64,000 nucleotides of DNA from Anaerolineae bacterium (lineage in GTDB: Bacteria > Chloroflexota > Anaerolineae > Aggregatilineales > Ch27), in NCBI GenBank assembly GCA_034430555.1, contig DAOUEM010000362.1:1722-65721 (forward strand), written 5' to 3'. The position numbers and the translations under genes were made by a program. Each line of letters starts with the position of its first letter. Position 1 is the first letter of the stretch. Shown in pieces: positions 43,901 to 52,863 of the stretch. The notes beneath the pieces are model-generated. The model made no database searches, was not told the origin of the DNA, and worked only from the letters and a program-made list of their open reading frames with translations.

Positions 43901-45567
43901 GTGAGCCGCTGGTCGACGACGAAGACCTGACGACCTCCCCGGAGGGCAAGCCTCGCTGGCTGTTGACGACCAAGGTTCCGCTGCGGGATGTCGACGGCGA
44001 TATCGTGGGGATGGTGGGCATCGGCCGCGATATCACCACGCGGGTGCTGATGGAGCAGGCCCTCCGTGAAAACGAGCAGATGTATCGCTCGCTGATCGAG
44101 CAGTCCAGCGACATGATCTATCTCATCCGCAACAACCGGTTTGAGATCGTCAACAGCGCCTTCGAGCAGGCCTTTGGTTATACGCTGGACGAACTGCAGG
44201 CGCTGGAGGAAGGGCCGCTGGCCCTGGTCGCTCCCGCCAGCCGCCGGGTGTCCCAGCGCCGCGGGCATGAAGTTCGCGATGGCCGGTACGATACGCTCCC
44301 CCCCCGCTATGAATTCACCGCCCTGCGCCGCGATGGCACGCAGTTTGAAGTCGAAGCGTCGATGACCTACGTGCCGCACCATGATGGTGTGGCCACCCAG
44401 GGTATTTTGCGTGACGTTACCGAGCGTAAGGCGGCGGAGGCAGCCATGCGCCGCCTGAATGAGGAGCTGGAGCAGCGGGTCGCCGACCGCACCGCCGAGA
44501 TTCAGGAGCAGCACCAGCGGATCGCCGCCATTCTCGATTCGGTGGCCGATGCCGTGATCGTGACCGACCTGAGCGGCGCCGTGGTGCTCACCAACCCGGT
44601 CGCCCGCCGGCTGATGGGGGAAACGGCCGTCGAAATCGAGGTCGACGTCAGCCGCCGCATCATGGAGGTGGTGGCGCGGTTAGCGGTTCAGGGCGCTGCG
44701 ACCGATACCGAGGTGATCGAGATCACCGGCAGGACCTTCGAGGCCAAGGCCGCCAAGGTGCTGGCCGACGGCCAGGCACTGGGCGCGGTCATCGTGCTGC
44801 GCGACATCACGCGCCTGCAGGAGCTGGACCGGCTCAAGACCCAGTTTGTGGATACCGTCTCCCACGAGTTGCGCACCCCGCTGTCGAATATTCGCCTGTA
44901 CCTGTCGCTGCTCAGGCGCGGCCGGACGGAGCGGCAGGGCGATTACATCGGCGTGATGGAGCGCGAATCGACCCGCCTGGAACGCCTGATCGGCGACCTG
45001 CTGGACATCTCCCGCCTGGAGTCGGCGGGCGGCGGGCGCCGGCGGGAAGTGGTCGACATGCAGGCGCTGGTGACTCAGGTGGTGGAGAACAACACCGCCC
45101 AGGCCGAAGATAAACAACTGACGCTGACCTACCATCCGGCCCCAGGCCTGCCCCTGCCGCCGCTCTGGGCCGATCGGGACCAGATGGTCCAGATGCTGAC
45201 CAACCTGGTGGCCAACGCCATCTTTTATACCCCGGAGGGCGGCGCCATTGAGTTGCAGAGCCGCCAGGGCGTGATGGGAGATTCTTCCGGCATCGCTGAA
45301 GACGATGAAACGCCGGCCATCATCCTGGAAGTCCGCGACTCGGGGATTGGCATCGCGGCGGAAGACCTGACCCACATCTTCGACCGGTTTTTCCGGGGGC
45401 AGAATGCGCTCGCCGAACAGGTGCCGGGCACCGGCCTGGGCCTGTCGATCACCAGGGAGATCGTGGAGCGACACTATGGTAAAATTGAGGTAGAAAGCCA
45501 TCTCAACGAGGGAAGTGTTTTTCGCGTATACTTACCGTTGATGGCCTCAGAACATCCATCAACTTGA
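40957..45567 (+). CDS. Giant sensor histidine kinase (CHASE4-like / HAMP / multiple PAS / GAF / PAS / HisKA / HATPase_c)
   Basis: Periplasmic 'DWAHWDDTYAF' (CHASE4-like); several 'GRD[IV]T' PAS ends; 'SHELRTPL' H-box; N, G1 and G2 boxes 'NLVANAIFYT', 'DSGIGI' and 'GTGLGLSI'. Confidence 0.85.
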   Translation: MTLRKRTLLYAAVILASLTLVLGLIAYGLIWDLLGRWEQESVRRYLESAEAALAVRLTALSTIALDWAHWDDTYAFIVDGDQAYIDSNYYDSTFTDLGISLAALYDERGGLVYGKVVDLATGHEVPLPGPLAVDLPPDSPLLDHPDSVGGVSGFFVLPEGPVLVSSQVILPSTEDDVPRGTLVMGLEPEAVDWAGLPETARLSLLAAETVAPDVLRAAEQALTGGDPAVVRPLNEQAIAGYRLLADVSGDPAVLLYIELPREIGAQALVGFALVFLWLLLIDLLLGGALFFMVERLVLGRVTALDRDLARIAAGGERAGRVTATGGDELARLAAMINHTLDSLARSHEAVRANENRLTSVLGSAINAIIITDEALTILMFNRAAERMFGCPAAEAVGRPLGDLMPERLRDLQLAYIREAGASPPEADAMVRGVMVQGQRRGGAIFPMEASVSRSSVDDQVIYSAIIRDVSGRERTLAALQESEERFRILVEHAPDAIVVLDEHLRFVNANENAERLFGLSRDELLHLGLVAVSPPVQEDGRSSAEVAAEYFHLALAGEAPVFEWLHRDAAGRVIRCEIRLARLPATGQLLVRGSIMDISAPKQSERLLRGQRALLEQLAAGASLTEVLTRLIELLESFMEGASGAVFLCDKRTTTWEEAIAPRLPAAFVQALAALPRAALPGGADPEEPVIVPDLAADSRCDERFRDLAVASGLRASLSCAIKSTAGEVLGWLSLYYLEPHDPGEQDLSLAEMATHIAGIAIENRRAQQALAEERNLLRTVIDTIPDLVYAKDRESRFIFHNDALSTITADALAERGVSSWVGLSDFDFSASEMARALYEEERRLMETGEPVLDAQSSYVGADGQLHWLSTTKVPLRDGDGHIIGLVGIGRDVTDIQVAQRDLAAERNLLRTVIDAIPDPVFAKDRESRFILYNRMVGRNAEKRLMELGLSGTWIGHTDFDFYPPEIAQRYYDEEQRVMATGEPLVDDEDLTTSPEGKPRWLLTTKVPLRDVDGDIVGMVGIGRDITTRVLMEQALRENEQMYRSLIEQSSDMIYLIRNNRFEIVNSAFEQAFGYTLDELQALEEGPLALVAPASRRVSQRRGHEVRDGRYDTLPPRYEFTALRRDGTQFEVEASMTYVPHHDGVATQGILRDVTERKAAEAAMRRLNEELEQRVADRTAEIQEQHQRIAAILDSVADAVIVTDLSGAVVLTNPVARRLMGETAVEIEVDVSRRIMEVVARLAVQGAATDTEVIEITGRTFEAKAAKVLADGQALGAVIVLRDITRLQELDRLKTQFVDTVSHELRTPLSNIRLYLSLLRRGRTERQGDYIGVMERESTRLERLIGDLLDISRLESAGGGRRREVVDMQALVTQVVENNTAQAEDKQLTLTYHPAPGLPLPPLWADRDQMVQMLTNLVANAIFYTPEGGAIELQSRQGVMGDSSGIAEDDETPAIILEVRDSGIGIAAEDLTHIFDRFFRGQNALAEQVPGTGLGLSITREIVERHYGKIEVESHLNEGSVFRVYLPLMASEHPST

Positions 45568-45590
45568 GGTTTTTTTTGAAGGAGGCGCCA

Positions 45591-46712
45591 ATGGCCGGAA
45601 AAGCGAAGCTCCTGGTGGTGGAAGATGACATCCACCTCTTGCAGGGGATTCGGGACATCCTCGAAATTGAAGGATATCATGTGTTGACGGCCGCCAGTGG
45701 TGTGGAAGGGCTGGACGTGCTCAATGACCAGCCTGTGCCGCCGGACCTGATCATCTCCGACATCATGATGCCCCGTATGGATGGTTATCAGTTCTTCGAG
45801 GCTGTGCAGGCATCCAAAACTTGGCTGGATATCCCGTTTATCTTTTTGACGGCCAAGGGCGAGAAGCACGACGTGCGGTTGGGCAAACAACTCGGCGCGG
45901 ACGACTACATCGTCAAACCGATGGACCCCGAAGACCTGCTGGTGATCGTGGAGGCCAAGCTGCGCAAACACTGGCAGCGTAAGCAGTTCTATGAAGGCCA
46001 GGTGTCGGACATCAAGCGGAGCATCCTCACCATCCTCAACCACGAATTCCGCACGCCGTTGACCTACATGGTCGCCTATTCCGACATGCTCAACAGCGAC
46101 GCCGAGAACCTCACTGCCGACGAACTGCGCACGTTTTTGCACGGCGTGGACAGCGGCGCGGATCGGTTCCGCAGCCTGGTGGAGAACTTCATCGCGCTGG
46201 TGGAGCTGGAAACCGGCGAGGCCAAGCAGAATTACGCCTGGCGCAGCGCGACCATCACCAACGTGCAGCCCATCATCGCCGAAGTGATCGACATGACCCG
46301 GCTCTTCGCCGAGGATCGCGGCGTCCAGGTCGTGACGGACGTGGTGGATACGGTGCCGGCCTTCGTCGGCGACCGCGAATACCTGCGCGCGGCCATCGCC
46401 CAACTGCTGGAAAACGCCATCAAGTTCTCGGACAAACCGGAGGCGCGGGTCGAACTGCGCGTGGCGTACGATGATCGCTGGGTGCACTTCGTGGTCCAGG
46501 ACTGGGGGCGCGGCATCAAACCGGGAGCGTTAGAAAGCATCTGGGACCCCTTTTACCAGGTGAACCGCTCCGAGCACGAAGACCAGGGGGCCGGGTCCGG
46601 GCTGGCGATTGTCAGCGGCATCACCAAATTACACGGCGGTGACGTCGACGTGCAGACGGCGGTCGGCGAAGGCAGCACCTTTACCATCCGGGTTCCACTC
46701 GCCTCGGCCTGA
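45591..46712 (+). CDS. Hybrid response-regulator receiver / histidine kinase
   Basis: GAAGGAGG RBS. REC 'LLVVEDD...DLIISDIMMPRMDG...KP', then 'NHEFRTPL' H-box and 'GSGLAIV' G2 box. Confidence 0.85.
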   Translation: MAGKAKLLVVEDDIHLLQGIRDILEIEGYHVLTAASGVEGLDVLNDQPVPPDLIISDIMMPRMDGYQFFEAVQASKTWLDIPFIFLTAKGEKHDVRLGKQLGADDYIVKPMDPEDLLVIVEAKLRKHWQRKQFYEGQVSDIKRSILTILNHEFRTPLTYMVAYSDMLNSDAENLTADELRTFLHGVDSGADRFRSLVENFIALVELETGEAKQNYAWRSATITNVQPIIAEVIDMTRLFAEDRGVQVVTDVVDTVPAFVGDREYLRAAIAQLLENAIKFSDKPEARVELRVAYDDRWVHFVVQDWGRGIKPGALESIWDPFYQVNRSEHEDQGAGSGLAIVSGITKLHGGDVDVQTAVGEGSTFTIRVPLASA

Positions 46713-46946
46713 CGGGCTGCCCGGTCTCGCCGCCGGGGCGACCACGGGCCGCCGGGAGACGATTGCCCATTGCCGCCGGTGCGTCTATAGTATCCCTGGG
46801 CCTGGACGCCGTCCGGGCCGGCAGCCGGTCGTCAGTCTGGCGGGAAGCGTCAGCTTGGCGTCTGACTGGTGTCAGTGTCATATCCTGCTGGCTGTGTTAC
46901 CATAAAGATCAGGATTGAGAACCAACTTTAAGGAGGACCTTCGCTC

Positions 46947-47636
46947 ATGGCTCAATCGTTCTTGGAAAAAGTTAACACCCTGATCTCCGCTAATATGCAT
47001 GGCATGGTTGATCGGGCGCTGGAAGCGAATTCCGTCAAGGTGATGGACGAGTACATTCGCCAGGCCGAGCGTAACCTGGATTCGCTGGAAGATTCGGCCG
47101 CCACCGTCGGCGGCACCGTTCGCACCCTGAAGCGTAAGTACGAGGAGTTTGCCGCCTCCGCCGAAAAGCTGGACCGCGACATCGATACGCTGCTGATCAA
47201 GGGTAAAGATGAGCTGGCCGCTGCCGCCCAGGCCGACCTCAATACCAAGCAGCAGCTCGCCCAGGAATATTACGAGCAGTGGCATGCGCAGGAAGACCAG
47301 TACCGCAAGATGATGGACATGAAGCTGAAGCTGGAAGCCAAGCTCACCACCATCAAGCAGGAGCGCGAGCAGGTCAAGGCCCTCCTGGAACTGGCCGAGG
47401 CCAAAGCCATCACCACCAAGACCATCAAGAGCCTGGACGACCTGGCCGGCGTGGGCGACGAGGATGTCACCCGCGTGGTGGACGCCATCCGGTCCCGACT
47501 GGATCGCGAGGACGCCAAGCTCGACATGGCGACCGGCCGCCTGTCCGAACAGATCGAGGAGGCCGTCGGCTACAGCGAGATCGACATGCAGCTTTCCGAG
47601 CGGCGCAAGCGCCTGAATCTGGACGAAGGGGAATAA
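46947..47636 (+). CDS. pspA: PspA/IM30 (Vipp1) family membrane-stress protein
   Basis: N-terminus 'FLEKVNTLISANMHGMVDRALE....MDEYIRQAERNL' and an all-coiled-coil composition typical of PspA. AGGAGG RBS. Confidence 0.8.
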   Translation: MAQSFLEKVNTLISANMHGMVDRALEANSVKVMDEYIRQAERNLDSLEDSAATVGGTVRTLKRKYEEFAASAEKLDRDIDTLLIKGKDELAAAAQADLNTKQQLAQEYYEQWHAQEDQYRKMMDMKLKLEAKLTTIKQEREQVKALLELAEAKAITTKTIKSLDDLAGVGDEDVTRVVDAIRSRLDREDAKLDMATGRLSEQIEEAVGYSEIDMQLSERRKRLNLDEGE

Positions 47637-47814
47637 TCCGCCCGGAGACTGGCAACAGGGCGGCGTACGCAGCATATTCGGGATAAAACGGGGCTGCCAG
47701 GGATGGTCCAGGTGCGGCTGGTGAGGCAACAGACCGGCCCGCGCTTGCCAGTGAGTCCCCGGTAGCCTCGTCTTGTTTGACTCATCGCAGCCGGCTGGTG
47801 CAAGGGAGCAGCTT

Positions 47815-50127
47815 ATGCCAGGCGAGTTAGTCGGCACGACCCTGGGGCCGTATCACATCCAGAAGGACCTGAACCGGGGCGGCATGGCCACCGTGTACCA
47901 GGGCGTGCATACCGCGCGCCAGGTCCCCGTCGCCATCAAAGTGCTGCCGGTTTATTTCGCCCACGACCCGCAGTTCCTCAAGCGCTTCCGGCGGGAAGCC
48001 CGCGCCGCTGTCACGCTCAAGCACCCGCACATCGTGCGCGTCTACGATTCTGGCGAGGCGCAGGGCGTGCCCTACATCGTGATGGAGTATGTGCCCGGCG
48101 GCACGCTCAAGGACCTGCTGGAGCGCGAATCGCTGCCCCTGGCCCGGATCGCGCTGGTCATCCGGCAGGTGGCGGATGCCCTGGATTACGCCCACCGGCA
48201 GGGCATCGTGCACCGTGACGTCAAACCCTCCAACGTGCTGGTGGCCGCGCCGGATATATTTAAGCTCTCCGATTTTGGGATCGCCAAAACCGCGGACGAT
48301 GACAGCGGCCTCACCGCCCTGACCGGCACCGGCGTCAGCGTGGGCACGGCGGCTTACATGGCCCCGGAGCAGGCCCTGGAAGCGGCCAGCGCCGACCAGC
48401 GGGCCGACATTTATTCGCTGGGCGTGATGCTCTACCTGATGGTGTCCGGTAAGCTGCCCTACAATGCCGACACGCCGATGGGCCTGCTGGCCCAGCACAT
48501 CTACGAGCCGGTGCCCGCCGTGCGCCGCGACCGGCCCGGCCTGCCGGAAGCCCTCGAGCACATCCTGCTCAAGGCGATGGCCAAAGACCCGGACGCCCGC
48601 TTCCAGTCCGCGCCGGAGTTGGCCGCTCGCCTGGACGATGTCCTCGCCCGGCGGCCGGTGTCTATCGACGTGGAGCTGCCGCCGCCGCTGCCCGACGAGC
48701 CGACCGGCCTGATCGAGGAGACCGCCGGCGTCGGGTTGAGCGCCCCGCCGCCGCCGACCGTGGTCGAGCCGGCCATGGCCATCGTGCCGGACGATACCGC
48801 CTCCGAGATTTCCGACCTGCTCAGCGGTATGAAGCGCCAGCACCGGACGCTCTTCCGCGCCGCGCTGGCCGCCTACGACCTGGGCAATCTGGACTCCTCC
48901 CGCCGGCTGCTGATGCAGATTCTGCGCCTGGACGACCGGGTGGCTCCCGCCTGGCTGCTGCTCAGCTACCTGGAGGAAAACTGGTACGATCAGAAGCAGT
49001 GCGCCGACAACGCACTGGCCGTCGCGCCGGAGATGGAAGACGCCCGGCTGCGCGTCGAACAACTGGAAGCCGAGCGGCTGCCGGCCACCTTTGGCCGCAT
49101 GCACAGCGTCATCCCGGCGGTGAAGGAAGCCCATGACGCGGCCATGGACGCCTACTTCCAGCAGAGCGAATTGGAGACGCCCTTCGGCGATCCGCTGGAC
49201 GACCCCAACCAGTGCCCTTACTGCGGGGTGGTCAACGACGCCGGCCGTAATACCTGCGCCCATTGCAAAAACAACATGATGCGCCAGCAAAAGCTCAAGC
49301 GCGAGGCGATCCCGGCCCTGCGCCTGGCCTTCGCCCTCAACCTGGGCGCGGTGGTGCTGGTGCTGCTGCAATTGTTCCCGCCGCTGCTGTGGACGTGGTA
49401 CATCGGCATCCCGGATAATACCCGGATGCAGATGTTCATCGGCGACGTGTTCGCCACGCGCATGGCGAAGCTGGTGGCCGGCGACTTCACCGCCATCCTG
49501 ACGCCGACGCTGTTTCTGTTCCTGGTGGGTGCCGGTATCGTCCGGATTATCCTGCTGCTGGCCGTCCAGGTGGGATTGCGCTGGCGGTCGTCGTGGGCTT
49601 ATTATGGCGGGCTGTTCGCCTTCGCCCTGGAGCTGGTGTGGGGCGCGCTGGCGCTGGCGCTCGGCTGGACCGGTATCTTCGTCGGCGTCATCGCTGCCTT
49701 GATCGCCGTCGGCGGCCTGTTCTCGCTGGGCGCGGCTTCCGTCAATTTTGGCGTCAACACCGAGCGGATTCGGGTCCTGCCGGAGGGCAAACTCAAAAGT
49801 GGTAAGGCTTTTTGGGAACTTGGCAAGCAGTATCAACGTAATGGTTTATGGGCGATGGCGGTGGCGCAGTACCGGGCGGCGGTCGCGGCAGCGCCGAACC
49901 GTGCCGAGCATTATAAGTCGCTGGGCATCGGGTATAATAAGCTGGGCCGGACGGATCGCGCCTTGCCTGCCCTGGAGCAGGCCGCCCGCCTGGACCCCAC
50001 CGACCTGGAGACGATGGTCCTGCTGAAGCGGCTGCGCCAGGAGCGCGAGGCCGGCGCCGCGGGTCAGACCGTCGACCGCGCCGGCGCGCCCCCATCACAA
50101 CCGTTGTCAGAGCAGACTCCTTCTTAG
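47815..50127 (+). CDS. Ser/Thr protein kinase with multi-TM region and C-terminal TPR
   Basis: Hanks motifs 'VAIK', 'HRDVKPSNVL', 'DFGIA' and 'YMAPE'. A zinc-ribbon-like 'CPYCG...CAHC', four hydrophobic helices, and TPR-like 'AEHYKSLGIGYNKLGRTDRALPALEQAARLDP'. Confidence 0.85.
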   Translation: MPGELVGTTLGPYHIQKDLNRGGMATVYQGVHTARQVPVAIKVLPVYFAHDPQFLKRFRREARAAVTLKHPHIVRVYDSGEAQGVPYIVMEYVPGGTLKDLLERESLPLARIALVIRQVADALDYAHRQGIVHRDVKPSNVLVAAPDIFKLSDFGIAKTADDDSGLTALTGTGVSVGTAAYMAPEQALEAASADQRADIYSLGVMLYLMVSGKLPYNADTPMGLLAQHIYEPVPAVRRDRPGLPEALEHILLKAMAKDPDARFQSAPELAARLDDVLARRPVSIDVELPPPLPDEPTGLIEETAGVGLSAPPPPTVVEPAMAIVPDDTASEISDLLSGMKRQHRTLFRAALAAYDLGNLDSSRRLLMQILRLDDRVAPAWLLLSYLEENWYDQKQCADNALAVAPEMEDARLRVEQLEAERLPATFGRMHSVIPAVKEAHDAAMDAYFQQSELETPFGDPLDDPNQCPYCGVVNDAGRNTCAHCKNNMMRQQKLKREAIPALRLAFALNLGAVVLVLLQLFPPLLWTWYIGIPDNTRMQMFIGDVFATRMAKLVAGDFTAILTPTLFLFLVGAGIVRIILLLAVQVGLRWRSSWAYYGGLFAFALELVWGALALALGWTGIFVGVIAALIAVGGLFSLGAASVNFGVNTERIRVLPEGKLKSGKAFWELGKQYQRNGLWAMAVAQYRAAVAAAPNRAEHYKSLGIGYNKLGRTDRALPALEQAARLDPTDLETMVLLKRLRQEREAGAAGQTVDRAGAPPSQPLSEQTPS

Positions 50128-50145
50128 GGAGCGGGATAGTTTTCG

Positions 50146-50979
50146 ATGAGCGAAGAGATTAGTGCACGGGAAGAAATGCGCAACCGGGCGACGCGCGCCA
50201 TCATCGCCGACGCCTTTTTCCGCTGGGAAAGCGCCGCGACCATCGCCCTGACGATGCTGCTGGCCTTTTTCCTGCCGACGCTGCCGGCCCCCTTCGAGTG
50301 GTGGCAGTGGTGGTTCTGGATCATCGGCGGCCTGGCGGCGGAAGCGGCCTTGATCGTGGCCCACGTCACCGACCCGCGGGCTGCCGATGCTGCCGTGGCC
50401 CGCATGTTCCACGAAGAGTACAACCCGCAGGACATCCAGAACCGGGTCACGCGCCAGCGGATGCTCAAGGCGCTGGAATACCGCGCCGGCATCGTCGGTA
50501 TGATCGGGACCAAGACCGGCGTCATGAAGTTGAGCTTCGAGGAAACGCTGGGCGAGATCGACGACTGGATCGGCCAGATTCATCGGCTGGCCCGCAAGAT
50601 GGACAACTTCGAGGAGAACTCCATCCTGGATCGCGATCGGAAGGCCGTGCCCAACGAATTACGCAACCTGCGCCGCCGCCTGGAGATCGAAAGGTCGGAG
50701 ACCGTGCGCCAGGAGCTGCTGGAAGCCATTCACCTCAAAGAGCAGCAGATGGAGAACCTCAACGCCGTGGCCGATAACATGAAGCGCGCCGACATCCAGC
50801 TGGAGAATACGCTGGCCGCCCTGGGCACGCTCTACGCGCAGATGCAGGTCATCGATACCAAGGACCTGGACAGCGCCCGCGCGCGCCGCCTGCGTGACGA
50901 GATCCATGACGAGGTGGCCGAATTACAGGATACCATCACGGCGATGGACGAGGTTTACGCCGTCAACCTGCGGGAGTAA
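50146..50979 (+). CDS. Membrane-anchored coiled-coil protein (hypothetical)
   Basis: The start is 19 nt after the kinase stop. Two TM helices (Trp-rich 'FEWWQWWFWIIGG') are followed by about 190 aa of heptad-like sequence. Confidence 0.55.
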   Translation: MSEEISAREEMRNRATRAIIADAFFRWESAATIALTMLLAFFLPTLPAPFEWWQWWFWIIGGLAAEAALIVAHVTDPRAADAAVARMFHEEYNPQDIQNRVTRQRMLKALEYRAGIVGMIGTKTGVMKLSFEETLGEIDDWIGQIHRLARKMDNFEENSILDRDRKAVPNELRNLRRRLEIERSETVRQELLEAIHLKEQQMENLNAVADNMKRADIQLENTLAALGTLYAQMQVIDTKDLDSARARRLRDEIHDEVAELQDTITAMDEVYAVNLRE

Positions 50980-51083
50980 GCGGCCTTTTGCCGGCGGCAT
51001 TCTACCGGCGGCCTTTTGCCAGCGGCTTTACGCCGGTTGACCAATCGCTATCTGAGGGCATTGGTGGAGGGTGGTGGGAAACA

Positions 51084-51734
51084 ATGGACGATATTCTGCT
51101 GTCACTCTTTTCCGAACCGAATCTGTTGTATATCGTTTTGATCACCGCGGCCTGGGTCGGGGTGCTGGCCCTGTTCGTGCCCGGCACCGGCGTGATCGAG
51201 CTGGCGGCGGCGGTGGGTCTGCTGGTGGGAATCGGGGGGCTGGCCGCTGCCGGGGGCAGCGTGATCGGCCTGATCCTGTTCGGGGTTTCGTTTGGCCTGG
51301 TGGCCCTGGCGATCCTGCGCCTGTTTTCCCAGGTGGGGCCTGCCGGGCGGATGAGGGTGTCCGATTGGCCGGCTTCCATATGGGCCCTGGTGCTGGGCGC
51401 GACGCTGGTGCAGTTTTTCGGCGGGGTTGCGCTGGCGGTCAGCCTGCCCGATCTCTCGCTGGCGACCGTCGGGCTGCTGGCGCTGGGGTCGCTGGCCATC
51501 TTCCGCTGGATGCTGATGCCCACGGTGAACGCGCTGCGCCCGCCGCCGCAGTCCGGGGCCGAATCGCTGATCGGCGAGCGGGCCGAGGTCCGCTTCGCGT
51601 CGGAAGCGCCCGGCAAACCAGGCACGGTCTTCCTCAACGGCGAGCTGTGGCAGGCCGTGGCCGACAGGCCGCTGGTCGTCGGTGAAACCGTCGAGGTGAC
51701 GAGCCGCGACGGGATGCGGCTGCACGTGCGGTGA
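51084..51734 (+). CDS. NfeD-family membrane protein
   Basis: Polytopic N-terminal part plus a C-terminal OB-like 'GERAEV....G.PGTVFLNGELWQAV....LVVGETVEVTSRDGMRLHV'. Confidence 0.75.
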   Translation: MDDILLSLFSEPNLLYIVLITAAWVGVLALFVPGTGVIELAAAVGLLVGIGGLAAAGGSVIGLILFGVSFGLVALAILRLFSQVGPAGRMRVSDWPASIWALVLGATLVQFFGGVALAVSLPDLSLATVGLLALGSLAIFRWMLMPTVNALRPPPQSGAESLIGERAEVRFASEAPGKPGTVFLNGELWQAVADRPLVVGETVEVTSRDGMRLHVR

Positions 51735-51842
51735 CTCGAGTCGCCCGGCGGCGAGACCTGATCCGGCCTGGTGGTTTATTGGGGGCGGCCCGCGGGTGAT
51801 GTGATCCGGCGGGCTGCCCGTGTTGTTTGGTAACCCTGGTAC

Positions 51843-52313
51843 ATGACGACAGACACAAATTCCCTTGCTGACCACTACCGTCTCGCGCGGACCTCCTGGC
51901 GTGATGTCGGCGCCATTTATCGCCTGCAAAAAGCCGTCTTCCCCCAGGATGCGCTGTCCTGGCCGGAGGTGCTGTTCCTGCTGCTGTGGCCCGGCTTCCA
52001 TAACCTGAAGGCGCTCTCGCCCGGCGGGGAGGTGGCGGGATATGTCTGCGGGGGGCGGCTGCCCGTCGGCAGCAAAATCTGGATCATGATGATCGGCGTG
52101 CACCCGGCCCACCAGCGGCGCGGCCTGGGACGCCGCCTGCTGACCGCCTCGGAGGAAACGCTGGACGGCAGCGCCATCTACCTCACCGTACGCGCCAGTA
52201 ATACGCCCGCCAGCATGCTTTATCAGCAGGCCGGCTATCGGCAGGTCCGGGTGAAACGGCGCTGGTATCCCGGCGGCGAAGACGGCATCGAGATGCGCAA
52301 GGACCGGCTGTAA
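51843..52313 (+). CDS. GNAT N-acetyltransferase (RimI-like)
   Basis: 'IGVHPAHQRRGLGRRLL' acetyl-CoA binding motif A. Confidence 0.8.
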   Translation: MTTDTNSLADHYRLARTSWRDVGAIYRLQKAVFPQDALSWPEVLFLLLWPGFHNLKALSPGGEVAGYVCGGRLPVGSKIWIMMIGVHPAHQRRGLGRRLLTASEETLDGSAIYLTVRASNTPASMLYQQAGYRQVRVKRRWYPGGEDGIEMRKDRL

Positions 52314-52334
52314 GCCGCGGCTGCTCGCTCCGTA

Positions 52335-52832
52335 TCACGTTTCCTCGATCTCAGCAAATCGCAGATGGTCGCCGGCCAGGTCCAGCACGGCCACCGAGCG
52401 CGGTCCGCGCCGGGTGCTGCCCAGCGCGCCGGGGTTGATCACGCGCGTCTGGCCGATCCGGTCGTCGCGCCGGGCGTGGGTGTGCCCGTGCAGCACGTAA
52501 CGATAGGTCTGCGCTTCGATCAGGTTTTGCAGCACCTCGTCGTGATGGCCGTGCATCATGGCGATGGGGTGGCCGTCCAGCGTCAGGCTGACCTGCTCGC
52601 GCGGCGGCGTGGCCCCGATGGCGCGCGCGGCGTCGGCCAGTTCGGCCAGCTGCCGGTCCATGTTGCCGCTCACAAAGGTGATCGTCCAGCCCGCGAACAC
52701 GCCCACGAAGCCCGGCGTGGTTATGTCGCCGCAGTGCAGGAGCTGGCTCACTCCCTCGGCGCGAAAGATGGCCAGCGCGGCCAGGGTGTTGGCCTGGTGG
52801 TCGTGTGTATCGGAGAGAATGCCGATTTTCAT
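52335..52832 (-). CDS. YfcE/MJ0936-family metallophosphoesterase
   Basis: 'IGILSDTHD', 'HCGD', 'GNMD', 'HGH' and 'GHTH' motifs in about 165 aa. Confidence 0.85.
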   Translation of the reverse strand: MKIGILSDTHDHQANTLAALAIFRAEGVSQLLHCGDITTPGFVGVFAGWTITFVSGNMDRQLAELADAARAIGATPPREQVSLTLDGHPIAMMHGHHDEVLQNLIEAQTYRYVLHGHTHARRDDRIGQTRVINPGALGSTRRGPRSVAVLDLAGDHLRFAEIEET

Positions 52833-52863
52833 CAGGGCGACTCCTCGTCGGCTGCGATTAGAA

